Positions 43,737 through 55,317 of a DNA stretch of 64,000 nt are shown piece after piece. The notes under the pieces were generated by a model. It saw only the letters and a list, made by a program, of their open reading frames with translations, did not search any database and was not told the origin of the DNA. This stretch comes from Balanoglossus misakiensis. Taxonomy: Eukaryota; Animalia; Hemichordata. The stretch is taken from positions 9,846,564 to 9,910,563 of the forward strand of contig CM082585.2 of the NCBI GenBank assembly GCA_040954595.2. Direction: 5' to 3'. Made by a program: the position numbers and the translations under genes. Position 1 is the first letter of the stretch; every line of letters starts with the position of its first letter.

Positions 43737-45225
43737 GTATGAGTAACAAGGGTATCTGTACAGTTTCAGATAGATGAATTTGTGTGGTAATCCGGCCAGA
43801 CACTGGCGTGGTTGAAATTCTGGAACTCTCTGCATGTGTGCCCAATACTTATTGTTCTTAGCAACTGTGATAACATGTCAATTATTAATCAGGTCCCATT
43901 GAATTGAGCTGACTAGGCAATATATCATTCTGGGTAAATGTACAATGTATCTTTGCATCTGTGAATGTGATAACCTTTGAACTTTTAACCCAGAACACTT
44001 GTGAGATTATTCAGATTTGCCACTTTTTATATGAATTTTGTTTAAAATATATACAGAAATAACGAAGTTAAACACTTTTGAAGTTTGAAGGATATGAATA
44101 TGAGAATCGGCATGGAAAAAAATGAGTTTTGTTAAAATCGGACAAATTTGAACCATGGGAAAAGCAATATATCATTTCTTCTGTGATGTGTCCTGAGTTG
44201 ACATTATGCAAATGATATGCAGAATGAGTGGTTATTTGGACGCATACAGCCAAATGACTTGCACATACCTGCATGTGGTGTCATTTCTGGAGGAGATTCT
44301 GCGGTTTTGCTTGCTTCATCATGGAGAAACCTGGTGGCAAAGTTCTTGGAAGATTTCATAGGTATATGTATAAGAAATCACACGAACCATTTTGGCTATC
44401 TCGTAATCAAGACAAATGGCGTGACGCGGTAAAGTGGTTTTCTGTGTATGACAGTCAGACTTGTAATTTCATTTCTGGATTTTTTCTGTCTGGTTAACCA
44501 ATCGACAAGATTTGTAAAATTCCAAGCCTTTTAGTTTACGGGCTTGTATGCTTGTAAATCTAAGAATGTTGGCCTCGTATGACCACATCTCACACAAGTC
44601 AAGACATGAAGAGTATTACTCTATATGGTACCTGTCTAAGCCTTTCAACGCCATATTTAACTTGTCGTCTCTTTCAAAAAATTAGCCCTCATATCTTTTT
44701 CCTTTTTTTTTCTCAAATTTTGATCATGACCTGCAGACAATCGAAAAGTATTTCCACTTGGTCTAAAAATAAGGGAAAATGTACTAAAAAATGTGTGAAA
44801 ATTATAAAAATATGTTGCACCACATTTTGAGTATTTTGTAAAACTGCGTGGGTTGGTTTTGCGTGGGTGTCTGCAGGTGTCAGAGGTTATCCCAGTTGGC
44901 AAAGAGTGGCGCATTAAGAATGGGAGGCTTGAAAGTGGTATGCCATTTTCAGTTTTGCGAGTCTCTGGGAGAGGTCCTGCTATAGGCAAAAGTCTCCAGA
45001 TGCAAATATTTCTGCGGTAAGTCTCTCAGACTGGTGTTCTATACAGGTGTGATGAGAACTCTTATCTTGGAGAATATGTGCATCTGTGGCATTTATATGA
45101 GTGCACACCGTCACACATCTTAGGCTTAGGTTTTTTTGTGTAGGTCAAATAAACTAAGACTTGAAATGTTTGTTTTAACCGTAGAACTGACAGTGACACT
45201 GGGCTGACAGAACAAGACATCAAAG

Positions 45226-48200
45226 ATGAAGTTCTATCTGCACATGGAGTCAGCGCCCGAATTCACCATGGTGGTGAAGTTAGATGATGACGGAGACAAG
45301 AAGGTCAATGATATCTTGCAAGTAAGTAGGAACTTGAATTTGCCGTATCATTTTTCTGAAGTTAAGGGTTCATGATCTGGAAAGAGCTGGAATTTCAGAC
45401 CATGGCATTACTGAAAAATACTAGTGTTCTGTGTGGTTTTGTTTGTACTGTGACGTAGACAGTAAAATGTACTCAAATTATTATTAAGTCTACGTGATGG
45501 TATTTAATGCACATATAGTGCTGGGAAGAAAACGAAACTTCACTGAGTGCGTGGGCAGTCGGTGCCAATGAGGACACGCGTTCCAATGATAAGTGTGACA
45601 TCGTATGACGCCTACACATCTACCACGTGGTTGTCATGCTTTGCAGGAGGAAGTTCTCTGTATATGAATATTAATACAGAGTAAACCCCTAACTAATATT
45701 GTTATCTGACAGTGACAACTGTGAAGAAGCCAGTGCTTGGGGTCATGACCGTGATTGATTTTTGGTCCGGTCTGATATATATGAAAAACTTGTTACCTCT
45801 GTATGTATACATGTAGACCTTGCACGTTGTGGTGAGTGTGGGTAAAAGATTTTCAAGTTTGTGTCTTTTTAAATCAAGATTATGTTTTACTTGCAGTTGT
45901 TTTCTGAGAACTATAACATGAAGCATGGAGAAGTGCGGACACTCCAACCAAAGGATATCTATCTACAGACACATGACCGGTATGTGCTGACTGCATAATT
46001 GTATGCGTTATTACCATAGTGCAAAGTTTGGAAGACATATGAAAAGGGTGTATCTAGCCGTTTTGAACTGCCTGAAAAATAATTTCCCCCATTTTCTTTC
46101 CACCATTAACCTACACAGCAAGAAGCTAAGCTGTTCAGATTCTGTCTTAAAAATCAAAGAGAAATCTGATGTCTACGTACGCCTCTTGTGTGATCAACCG
46201 GAGGAAAAGGAAACCAAAGAAAAGCATAAGAAATCAGAACCTCGTGAAGTGAAACCAGAACCTTGTGAAGTGACAACAAAAAAATCAGAGGAAAAATTGA
46301 AAGAAAAAAAGGAAGTTAAGGAACAGCTGTCGAAACCTGTGAAAGAAAACCCTGTCTTGTCAAAGGGTAAGTGAATTATAAATGAATCAATCAATCAATC
46401 AATGATTGGATGGATGAAGGAAGGAAGGAATGAATGAATGATTGATTGGGTAATTGATTGATTGATTGAATGAATGTATGAATGAATGAATGAATGAATG
46501 AATGAATGAATGAATGACTAAAGAAATTTAGTATTTTTGAACTAACAACATTCTTGCAAATACCCTGTATTTCAGAACCAGCCCCTGTAAAAACGAAGGG
46601 CAAGGCATCTGTTCCACCAGTTTGTAGGTGCAAGAAAGCCACTCGGCCACCCAGTGATAAGTCTGGTGCCAAGGCCAAAACAAAAAAGATGACTAAAGAG
46701 GAGGAATATATTGCCGAAAAACTACAGACTGATTACACTGTCCATGTGGAAGGTCCAAGTTGTGGACTGTTTGGACTTGACAGCGACGAGGAAACAGAAA
46801 TCGATTCGCGTGAGAAACGTGGACGATATAAACTGGATATGGTTGTCAAACCAGACGAAAAAACAATCTGGTACTGTTGTGTGAAAAATCTAACTCTGCT
46901 TCCTTTTAGGGACTGTGCACAAATTCAAGTTACAGAGCATTATGAGTTTGGACATTTTCAGACATAAAGTAAAACCTGTCTAAACCGAACACCAAAGGGA
47001 AGGAAGAAATTATTCAGTTTGCAGAGTGTGCGGTTTATAGAGGTTCTTTTAACATGTGTTTCTATGTCAAAGAGGCAGGAAATGTGTTCAGCATAGACTA
47101 GGTTTTGTTAAGATGGGTTTTTACTGTATATTCATCTGTGTGGAGCCAATGAATTCACAGGCAGCGTATCATAAGACTTGGAGTTTCTGTTTTATTTGCC
47201 TTCACAGCATAAAAGCTGAACAGATCTCGGAAGATGAAGAATCGGACGATGACGATGGCAATGTCATGGTGAAGGCCAAGAAGTATCTGGAGGAGAGCAA
47301 GTGCTCGAAGGCGCGAGAGATTTATCGGAACGCTCTGGAGGAGAACCCCCAGAGCAAGGATGCACTAGTTGGCATGTGTAAGTGTCAGAGGTGAGAGTTC
47401 AAAGGTCAGGGCCTGTGTAATGTAAACAAAAAATGTGACCGTGACTGCAGTCTGTTTATTCACTCCCTCACCGTAGCAGATCCATTTGAACTTCACATGC
47501 CACAGTTGTTGTTGTTGTTGTTGTTATATATTTCAAATTGTTGTACCTTCCAGTTCGTGTTTATCGGAGAGCTGGTCGCCTTGAAGAAGCACTTGAGTAT
47601 CTCAAACAGGCGGACAAATTGTATCGATACAACTACAGGATTAATCAAATGTGAGTCTTAAAGGGACAAAGTCTCTGTTTTTGATGTCAAAATCCATTAA
47701 ATACCTACTCCAACTTTTCTGCAGAAAACATGAGGTGCAAGTCTTAGGGAAAACAGAAGTAATACTGATTATTGTCCGCTGTTTCTGTAGGCTAGGGGAG
47801 ACCTATCTGGAGCTGAAGAACGGTATTGAATCTGTCGTGGCCTACACGATCTGCATGCGCTCCAAAGATAAAATGAGTAAACGACGGTTGCAGGATATTC
47901 ATTTCGGCATGAGCAAAGGGTTCCTCATGGCTGGCAAAAAGGTGGAAGGGCTCAAAACACTACAGGTAAGAGTGACAGTGTCATTTCGTTCAACTGGAAG
48001 AGTTCAAAGAATCATAGTAACTTGATTCAGTAAAAAGTCTTGAAAAAAAAGTGGCAGTTTCCTCCAAGGTTGGGACTGTGACACATGTTTGCTGTCTGTC
48101 AGAGCTGTGATGAACCAGACAGTCATAATTATACATGATGATATCACACTGTTTTGATCTGAGGTTCTGAGCTCAATTTCAGACTTACCCCCCTCCTTCC

Positions 48201-51200
48201 ATGTATAAAGATCCAACGCTGCCATTGAGATCAATGAAGTTGGACCAAACCACAGTGGTGAAAGGGGTTAAAGTATCATAAGATAACCAGTTATTTCATG
48301 AAATGAACAGGATGTTCGCCCTTTCCCCCCTGCAATGTATATGAAAGTTTTACATGAGATATAATAACCCTTGCCTTCCAATTGTACAGACTCTGCTGAA
48401 AGAAAACATTGAGCACCACAAAGCATTGCTGGAGTACGCGTCGATGATTTACACCAAGTCGCCTCTGGGCCACAAGGAATCTATCACCATGGCGCTGACT
48501 GTGTTGACCCAATCCAAAGGTAGGAAAATCTGACACGGCTTACTTTGGATGTTTATAGGCCAGAATATTTCATTGTGCCATTCTCCGGGGTTCTTTGTTC
48601 AAATTGGCAAAATTTAGACTCCAAAATAGAATCAACCATGGGTTGCAACTGGGTGCATGTATACTGAACGTCCAATGTGAACTGAAATACCAAAGTTGAT
48701 GTTGATGTTTTTACATAGAAAATCAGTAAGAAGCTTTGATCAGTGGTTTGCAGTGTACTTCGATCTACCCCGACTGTGTGGTATCTACGTCAAATCTCCC
48801 TGAAATCTCACAACTGTGCACAAGATAACAAAACATGACCTTTATACATATATGCGCGTAATGGTATTATCACGGTGTCATGTCTGTCTCTTCATTTTTC
48901 ACCACGATATTCTCTTTTTCCTTTCCGCAGGCAAGGACAAAGAAGCGGCACAACTTTTGATAAAAATGCTGCGTCATCAAAACGGAATGAAATTTTTACA
49001 AAGGTAAACCTGAAGTGAAATTGATTTGACTTGTTCACAACACACAGTGAAAGCTTTAGTTTTTAGTTCCAGACATTGGTAAGTGTTTATGACCAACTAT
49101 ATTTTACATTTTGAAACAAATTGTTTTCTTTCAGTGAGATACATGAAGCCTGGAGTTCGGTGTCAGCTCTGTCATTTCTCTGCAATCAGCTCAGAGACCT
49201 TGGAGGTGAGTTGAAGTAACACTTTACCCATAATCCATGGAGTCATGTGATATGTTATTTAGCCAATCATGACTGATTAGTGGAAGCCATCTTGTTTTGT
49301 CTGTATGTTCCCTTTATTCCTGTTTCTGTCATAGTTTTATCCGACTGTACAAGTTAGGTTTTTCAGGGGACTTTTACACAGTAAAAAGGTCAAAAGGTCA
49401 CATGAGTTGCACTGATTTGAGATGGAATATTGTCTTCAGTTTGCGTTCAGTCTTTTGGTTCGTCGGTAACGAGTCACCCGGAAGTCTACCAAGAAACTGT
49501 TTGAAAAATGAAAACAAAATTCCATGTCACGTTCAAGAGTTGACTGGCTGAATGTATATCTTTATCAAACACAGCTATGCCCACAAACATGTAGCTGTGA
49601 TGACTAGAGACAAACATTAAGTTATGTGATGAGCATCCTGACTTTTTGATGTTTGTCCTCCTCACTTCACCTTTATGGTTTCTACCCCATCTAGGTTATA
49701 AATATTAACCATACTTTAACTGAAACGCATCACAAGGAAGCTGGTGCTTTCTGTCTGCTTTTCCAGGGACGATATGACGTTCAGACTACATACATGTATA
49801 TCACAGTATCGCACATCTGTTTGTCTATACTCAAGTGCATGTTCCTGACAATGAGAGCTACAGTGTCACTGGCGCTATTTTTATTCATAGCCTGGGTGAA
49901 TATCATCATCACACACTTCCACAATGTCTGTGTGATGGAGTATGAGCTGATGACAAACACTCAGTATGTGACAACATCCGAGATATCTCGTACATCAGCA
50001 GCTCCTCAAAACAAGATCGACAATTTTGTTTGGTTCCAATTATTGATATTTTAGCCAATTTTATAGGTGCACTACAGTAAAATTTGGAACAAAAATTGAC
50101 AATGATCAGATATTGATCACATTCTGTACCACACTTCATATACCATACTCATTACCATATTGTGCCACAGCTGAATGCATGAAACTGTGTCAAATATTTC
50201 CCTCTGCTGAGGAAAGAACTGAAAAAGTGAACTATGCTTTGCTATGTTTAGAGACTTGGGAAGGATTCAGACTGGGTGTATATCATTACCAACCATTGTT
50301 TGTGATTTGGCAGCAGTGATTGAGAACGATACATATTCAGTCTGGCGTTAGCGGCACACAACCTCCTACATATATCATCAGATATGAACTGCGCAAAACG
50401 TTTCTCGCTTTCCATTTCATTTCACGAGCCTAAAAAAATCACCAAAAAAAGCACAAATTGGTCAATGTCTCGGTGGTAAATGAAGATGTCCCGGTCAGAA
50501 AGTTCGGATTGGATGAATACCATCAGCAAACACCGCAAGGAATCATGATGCAGTGTTTGTTGATGATATGTATCCAGTTCGAGAATCAACAACGGAAACG
50601 ACGGTTACTTTTTCCCGATTTCCATTTCTTCCATCATGCATTCGCAAGGTCAGAGGTCAAAGTGCATGGCCTCTTGGGTCCATTGGCTAAATATCAGTAA
50701 CATCAGCGTTCATACCCAAGCTGGGAGCTACCAGATTCAGTTTGCTGTTTCCAAGGCGCTTTACATTGATGCTATCACAATGGCTACTTCCCAGTGTCAT
50801 AGCACCACGGTAATCTTGCCCTCAGCAAACCTGGTAGCTCACACATTTGCTGTGCTACATTCACTCATGGTACAATGACTAACTTAAATATAGGGATGAT
50901 GCAAAGAAATTGCAAGTTGTTCTCAAGTTGAGTGTAACTTTCTTTGAAAATCATGCTTGTTTAGTTAGAGAGCTCACTGGGTGCTACTCTTCATCTTCTC
51001 TCTCCTGTTACCTAGCGATACCGGAGGCAACAAAAATCATCCAGAGAGCCGTGGGAGTAGAACCCAAGAATCCCCAACCGTTGCTGAATTTGATGCATAT
51101 GTATGAGATACAGGACATGCACCAAGCAGCCATAGATCTGGCGTTGTAAGTTTAAGTTTTAAAAAATCTCAACGGGGTTGTAGTTCATCAAGTTTGACCA

Positions 51201-53578
51201 TGCTATATATAACCCACCAGCTGATTGGTTGGTCACAAGTTGAATACCCAATCAGTGTCATTGATTTTGACCAATTGTACAATTCACCAGCTGATTGGTT
51301 GGTTGAAATTTGAATACCCAATCAATGTCACAGATGTTGACCAATTGCAGAATTCACCTGCTGGGTGGTTGGTCATTGAATTAGGCAGTCAGAGCCGATA
51401 CAGACATTACATGCTTCATGATGTTCAGTTTTAATGATGTAGGCAAGTGTTCCACAGTTAGCAATGATGCTTCTAACTCTCTCTTCCTGAGTCAGAGTGA
51501 TGTCAACTTTAGTTCATACTCACTGAGCTGACTGGAGGAAAACTTACACCAGGAACTGACATCACACGGTATTCTTGTTTATAGATACATGTATTACTTT
51601 TCAAGATTCAGATCCATCTGTCTTCTCTTTCTTTCAGAGATTATTTTAAAAAGCATAAAGATTTGGACATCGCTGGTGTACAATGTTCAAGTTTCATCCC
51701 ACTGATAGAATGTGTTAAACACGATATTTATCTGAATGGTAAGGTTAATCCCATTGTGATACCAGTTATTGCATTCAGAAATACAGCTGTTTTCTGTCAT
51801 TATTTGAACCATGTCATTTATTACATTTATACTTTTGAAAGTGCTATAGGGAATTATTAAAAACAATGTCATTGACTTCTGCAGACCTGGAAAAAATCCG
51901 CCTATGGAGTACGGCAATTTCCTGCCAAAACGACAAATGACCACTCACCAATGAGAACCAAGGGAATTGTAACAATGAGGGCACTTTTCAAAATGGCGCT
52001 CTTCAAGATAATTTTTGTGACATATAATTTATAGCAAATTTACTCATTTTCCATTTGTAATGGCATGTTTTTTTGCAGATGCATCAACAGCCATGTCGGG
52101 GATCATCATCACCGTGGAATATCCACAAGATCGAGTGTACACCGACGACGAACTCTATATCTTGGCAGTGCTTTTTACTGTTGTCAAAATTTTATTTGTG
52201 AAGGGTTCCTACCGGATTCTGCATGGAATTAATAGGCTTCTCGGTACGTTCATTGAAACTTTCACCATGGCAGCTAAAATTTATCTAAATTTAAGCTTAA
52301 TATCTTTTTGTAAAGTACTCCTTGAAAAAAACCATTGAATCGTGTGTATGGTTCTTGTTACAGATCCTTGTTACAAAGATCGCGACCTTCACCTGACCTT
52401 GATTCGCAACGAAGCCGCATACTACGCCACCATCAATCAGCTGATGGCGATTGACATGGTGCCACTGCCAGATTATCCAAAATTTATTTATTTTGCTTCA
52501 GACAGTCATTGTCTGACACCAGCATGGCGGAGCATACAATACAAGGTACAGCAAACAGATTTCTGAACTAATTTGCATATAAAATGTGTGTGCACCTGGT
52601 GTGTTTGTGATAATGCATTAACATAGATTCTCAGAAGCATCACCATCTCAGTTTCTGACCATGCACCTCTTTTGAGTTCATGTCAAAGGTCACTAGCAAA
52701 TGTTAATAATGACTTCTTATGTTTCTTGCAGGGATCTAAGCACATTATCCACCCACTCCTCGCTACTGGTTGTAAGATTTGGCATCTGAGACCCGAGGGC
52801 ACTTTCTATCCCAAGGAAAATTTCTTCAGTATGATGAAAATTCTACCCAAGCGAGCCACGGTGATTTTTAACATGGGGGAGATTGATTGCAGAGAGGGAA
52901 TAACCTTTGCCGTGGAAAAGTGTAAATATGATGTGAGTTGTACCGACTTTTGTTCAAAATGGTTTTTGCTAATGGAGTTCTAATGGTTTGTCAGAAGAGA
53001 AATGGTAGATTATTCTGTACGTATGCATGTCATGATGTTTTGTTTTGTGGTGTGATCAAACATGGCTGACTTGGTCAAACTATCACTGTCATTACATTTC
53101 AGACAATCGAGGAAGGCATCTCCAAAGTGATCGACATCTATCTCAAAGTGATGAAGAAACTCAAGTCCCTGTACAATCTGCGAGTCTTTGTTCATCCGGT
53201 CAATCCAGTGTTGGACCTCACCAGATCCATGGTGAAAAGGTTCAACGTAGCTCTGGAAAAAGCTGTCCACGAAACACCCGGATTGATCTGGTTAGACCTA
53301 GCCAAGGATTTGTTGACACCGTCTGGAGATCAGTTAGATCCCCAATATAGTAAGTGTTCTTGACACAGTCTTTTCCTGTGATGGTTTAATATCACACGAC
53401 CATAATAATCAATCAAACTGTGTACAGCAAAATAGAATGTTGGAGATACAAGCAAATGTTTACATCTGGTTGAATTTCATAAACATGTTCTTGTGTCTCA
53501 ACAGGTCTTGATCAATCTCATTTGCATCCCTGCTATCTCCGGCTGTTGGAAAAGGCGCTGGACAAGAAACGCAGCTGA
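45226..53578 (+). CDS. Uncharacterised ~845-aa protein: small N-terminal (possibly ubiquitin-like) domain, Lys/Glu-rich linker, TPR-like helical repeats, C-terminal SGNH/GDSL-like hydrolase domain; 17 coding exons
   Basis: GT-AG exons with consistent phases: 45226-45321 (MKFYLHMESAPEFTMVVKL), 45897-45979, 46119-46366, 46576-46870, 47208-47377, 47554-47650, 47791-47965, 48390-48519, 48931-49003, 49135-49205, 51016-51145, 51638-51738, 52079-52243, 52364-52545 (YFASDSHCL), 52732-52932 (IFNMGEIDCREG), 53103-53349, 53505-53578 (LDQSHLHP...stop). TPR-like segments include AREIYRNALEENPQSKDALVGM, AGRLEEALEYLKQA and ATKIIQRAVGVEPKNPQPLLNL. Confidence 0.85.
46380..46517. repeat. Compound (AATC)/(GAAG)/(GATT)/(GAAT)n microsatellite
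   Basis: Directly visible tetranucleotide runs in an intron. Confidence 0.9.
48099..48176 (-). repeat. Inverted copy of the 30263-30340 repeat
   Basis: Reverse complement is near-identical to 30263-30340. Confidence 0.85.
51215..51380. repeat. ~70-bp tandem minisatellite, about 2.3 copies
   Basis: Unit caccagctgattggttggt...tgaatacccaatca-tgtca...ttgaccaattg-a-aatt is repeated. Confidence 0.85.
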
Positions 53579-54445
53579 TCAGTGAGCCAATCAGAGCCAA
53601 CCAGAAGAAGAAGACAACTCCATTGAAAGAGAGACATATGGAATTATAATCTCATGCTTTTATTTTACAATGTATGTTAGTCTCTAGGTGATATTTGCAT
53701 TCACAACTCTTCGAAGGAACCAAGAGTATCTATCCTGTTCATGCATATCTATTTTAAAATTTATAATTTGTAAATTTTTAACATAGAAATTATTTGAACT
53801 GACCTCTGATAAAACAGAGGAGTGTAATCTCGGAATCAGAAATTCAGGGAATGGTACTGAATTTGACTTTATACACCACCAATCAATCTGATTTTCATAT
53901 TAATCAGCATTTATTCTAGATTTTATGGTAATGAGAAGATTGACCAAAATAACAAATAGGAGGACGGTTAGCAAGTCTTATATAACAAAATTCTTTAATT
54001 ACAAATGAGAAGAATTACACTTCATTTGTTATGTGTTAAGGACAACTTTTTGTGCTATATAGATTCATTAAGTGTCTTTTACCATTGCTTTGAAGCATGC
54101 ATTCATAGTCAGACATTGCAAATGGATGGCATTTTTGACATGAAACACTTCTTGAGAGCAACTCAAATATCATGGAATTGTGAGAGCCTGGTAGGGTGAA
54201 TCCCATGTGTGACATCTGTGAACACTTAGAATTATTGTTTTTAGGATGAAACAACTCATTGCATACAAAAGATGCCTGCAATAAGATATTGAAGTAACTG
54301 TGAGACTCAGATGTTTTTTTCATACATATGTTTCTTAAGTCTAGACGAGTTGTAAACTCTGAAGTAAAAACAATGTATTCAGTGGCCGGAATGAACATTT
54401 GATGTTTATATGCACGTTTATGGTCTGTGTTTAATTTTTTTGTTG

Positions 54446-54529
54446 AATAAAAGTTTAATTTCAATTGCATGCACTGCATTACGAATGTTCATTTTTGTTT
54501 GTGAGAGAGAAAATGGATGCAGCTTTATT
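54446..54529. terminator. Candidate convergent polyadenylation signals
   Basis: AATAAA on plus at 54446-54451 (TPR-SGNH gene) and AATAAA on minus (tttatt) at 54524-54529 (headless myosin-tail gene). Confidence 0.35.
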
Positions 54530-55317
54530 TTAAATCAGTCACTTCATATCAGTGACACATGAACTATGAGGAGTAGCTTATCATCAATCATTAGAATGCA
54601 TGTATTTGATTTCAGGAAAATGGAACAATAGTTATGAATGCCAGAAAGATTACAAAACAGTAAAATTATTGTTTTTAAAATCCACTTTTTGTGTAGTATA
54701 TGAAGCTTATACTATGAAAGCAGGGCTTAAATATTACAAATGGTCAGCTTTAACTTGAATCATGTCTCAAAGTACGTATATAGCTGAGATTTAAAATAAC
54801 AGAACATATCAAGAATTACAAGAATTTATGATTGTCATATTGCAAATACCGGTTTATAGTACAAGTATACTTATGTTAATATTTCCCAAGTCTTCCCAAA
54901 GTTTGAATAATAGCTTTATTATATAAAATATATACTTCCATCTGAAATAATTATAAATTTTACTATTTCCATTACAATGCTTATAGTGGTCCATAAAAAT
55001 TTACATAAACATGAGGTACACAATTACTAATATTTGATTTGAAACTCTGAAATTATCTTTTTAATACCACTTCTGAAATGTAAAAACAAAAATCACCATA
55101 AAAACAGATTAATACACAACCACTTTCCAATAAGATATCTCCAGAAAGTTATTAAGTGATGACTTAGCAAATTTCTTCTATATCTCAGAAAATTTCCATA
55201 TTTAGGAATAAACAAAACCATTCACACCGTTGCTTAGACGTGTAGTACTATAAGATGAAACTTCTCGTCTTAGGTGGTCCAATAGGAGAACATACTTTCC
55301 AGACAATGGATTATTCT

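Noticed and set aside
49206-51015. Unusually long intron of the TPR-SGNH gene with short ORFs, possibly a nested gene
   Set aside because: No recognisable protein motifs or consistent exon chain on either strand. The flanking exons join in frame without it.
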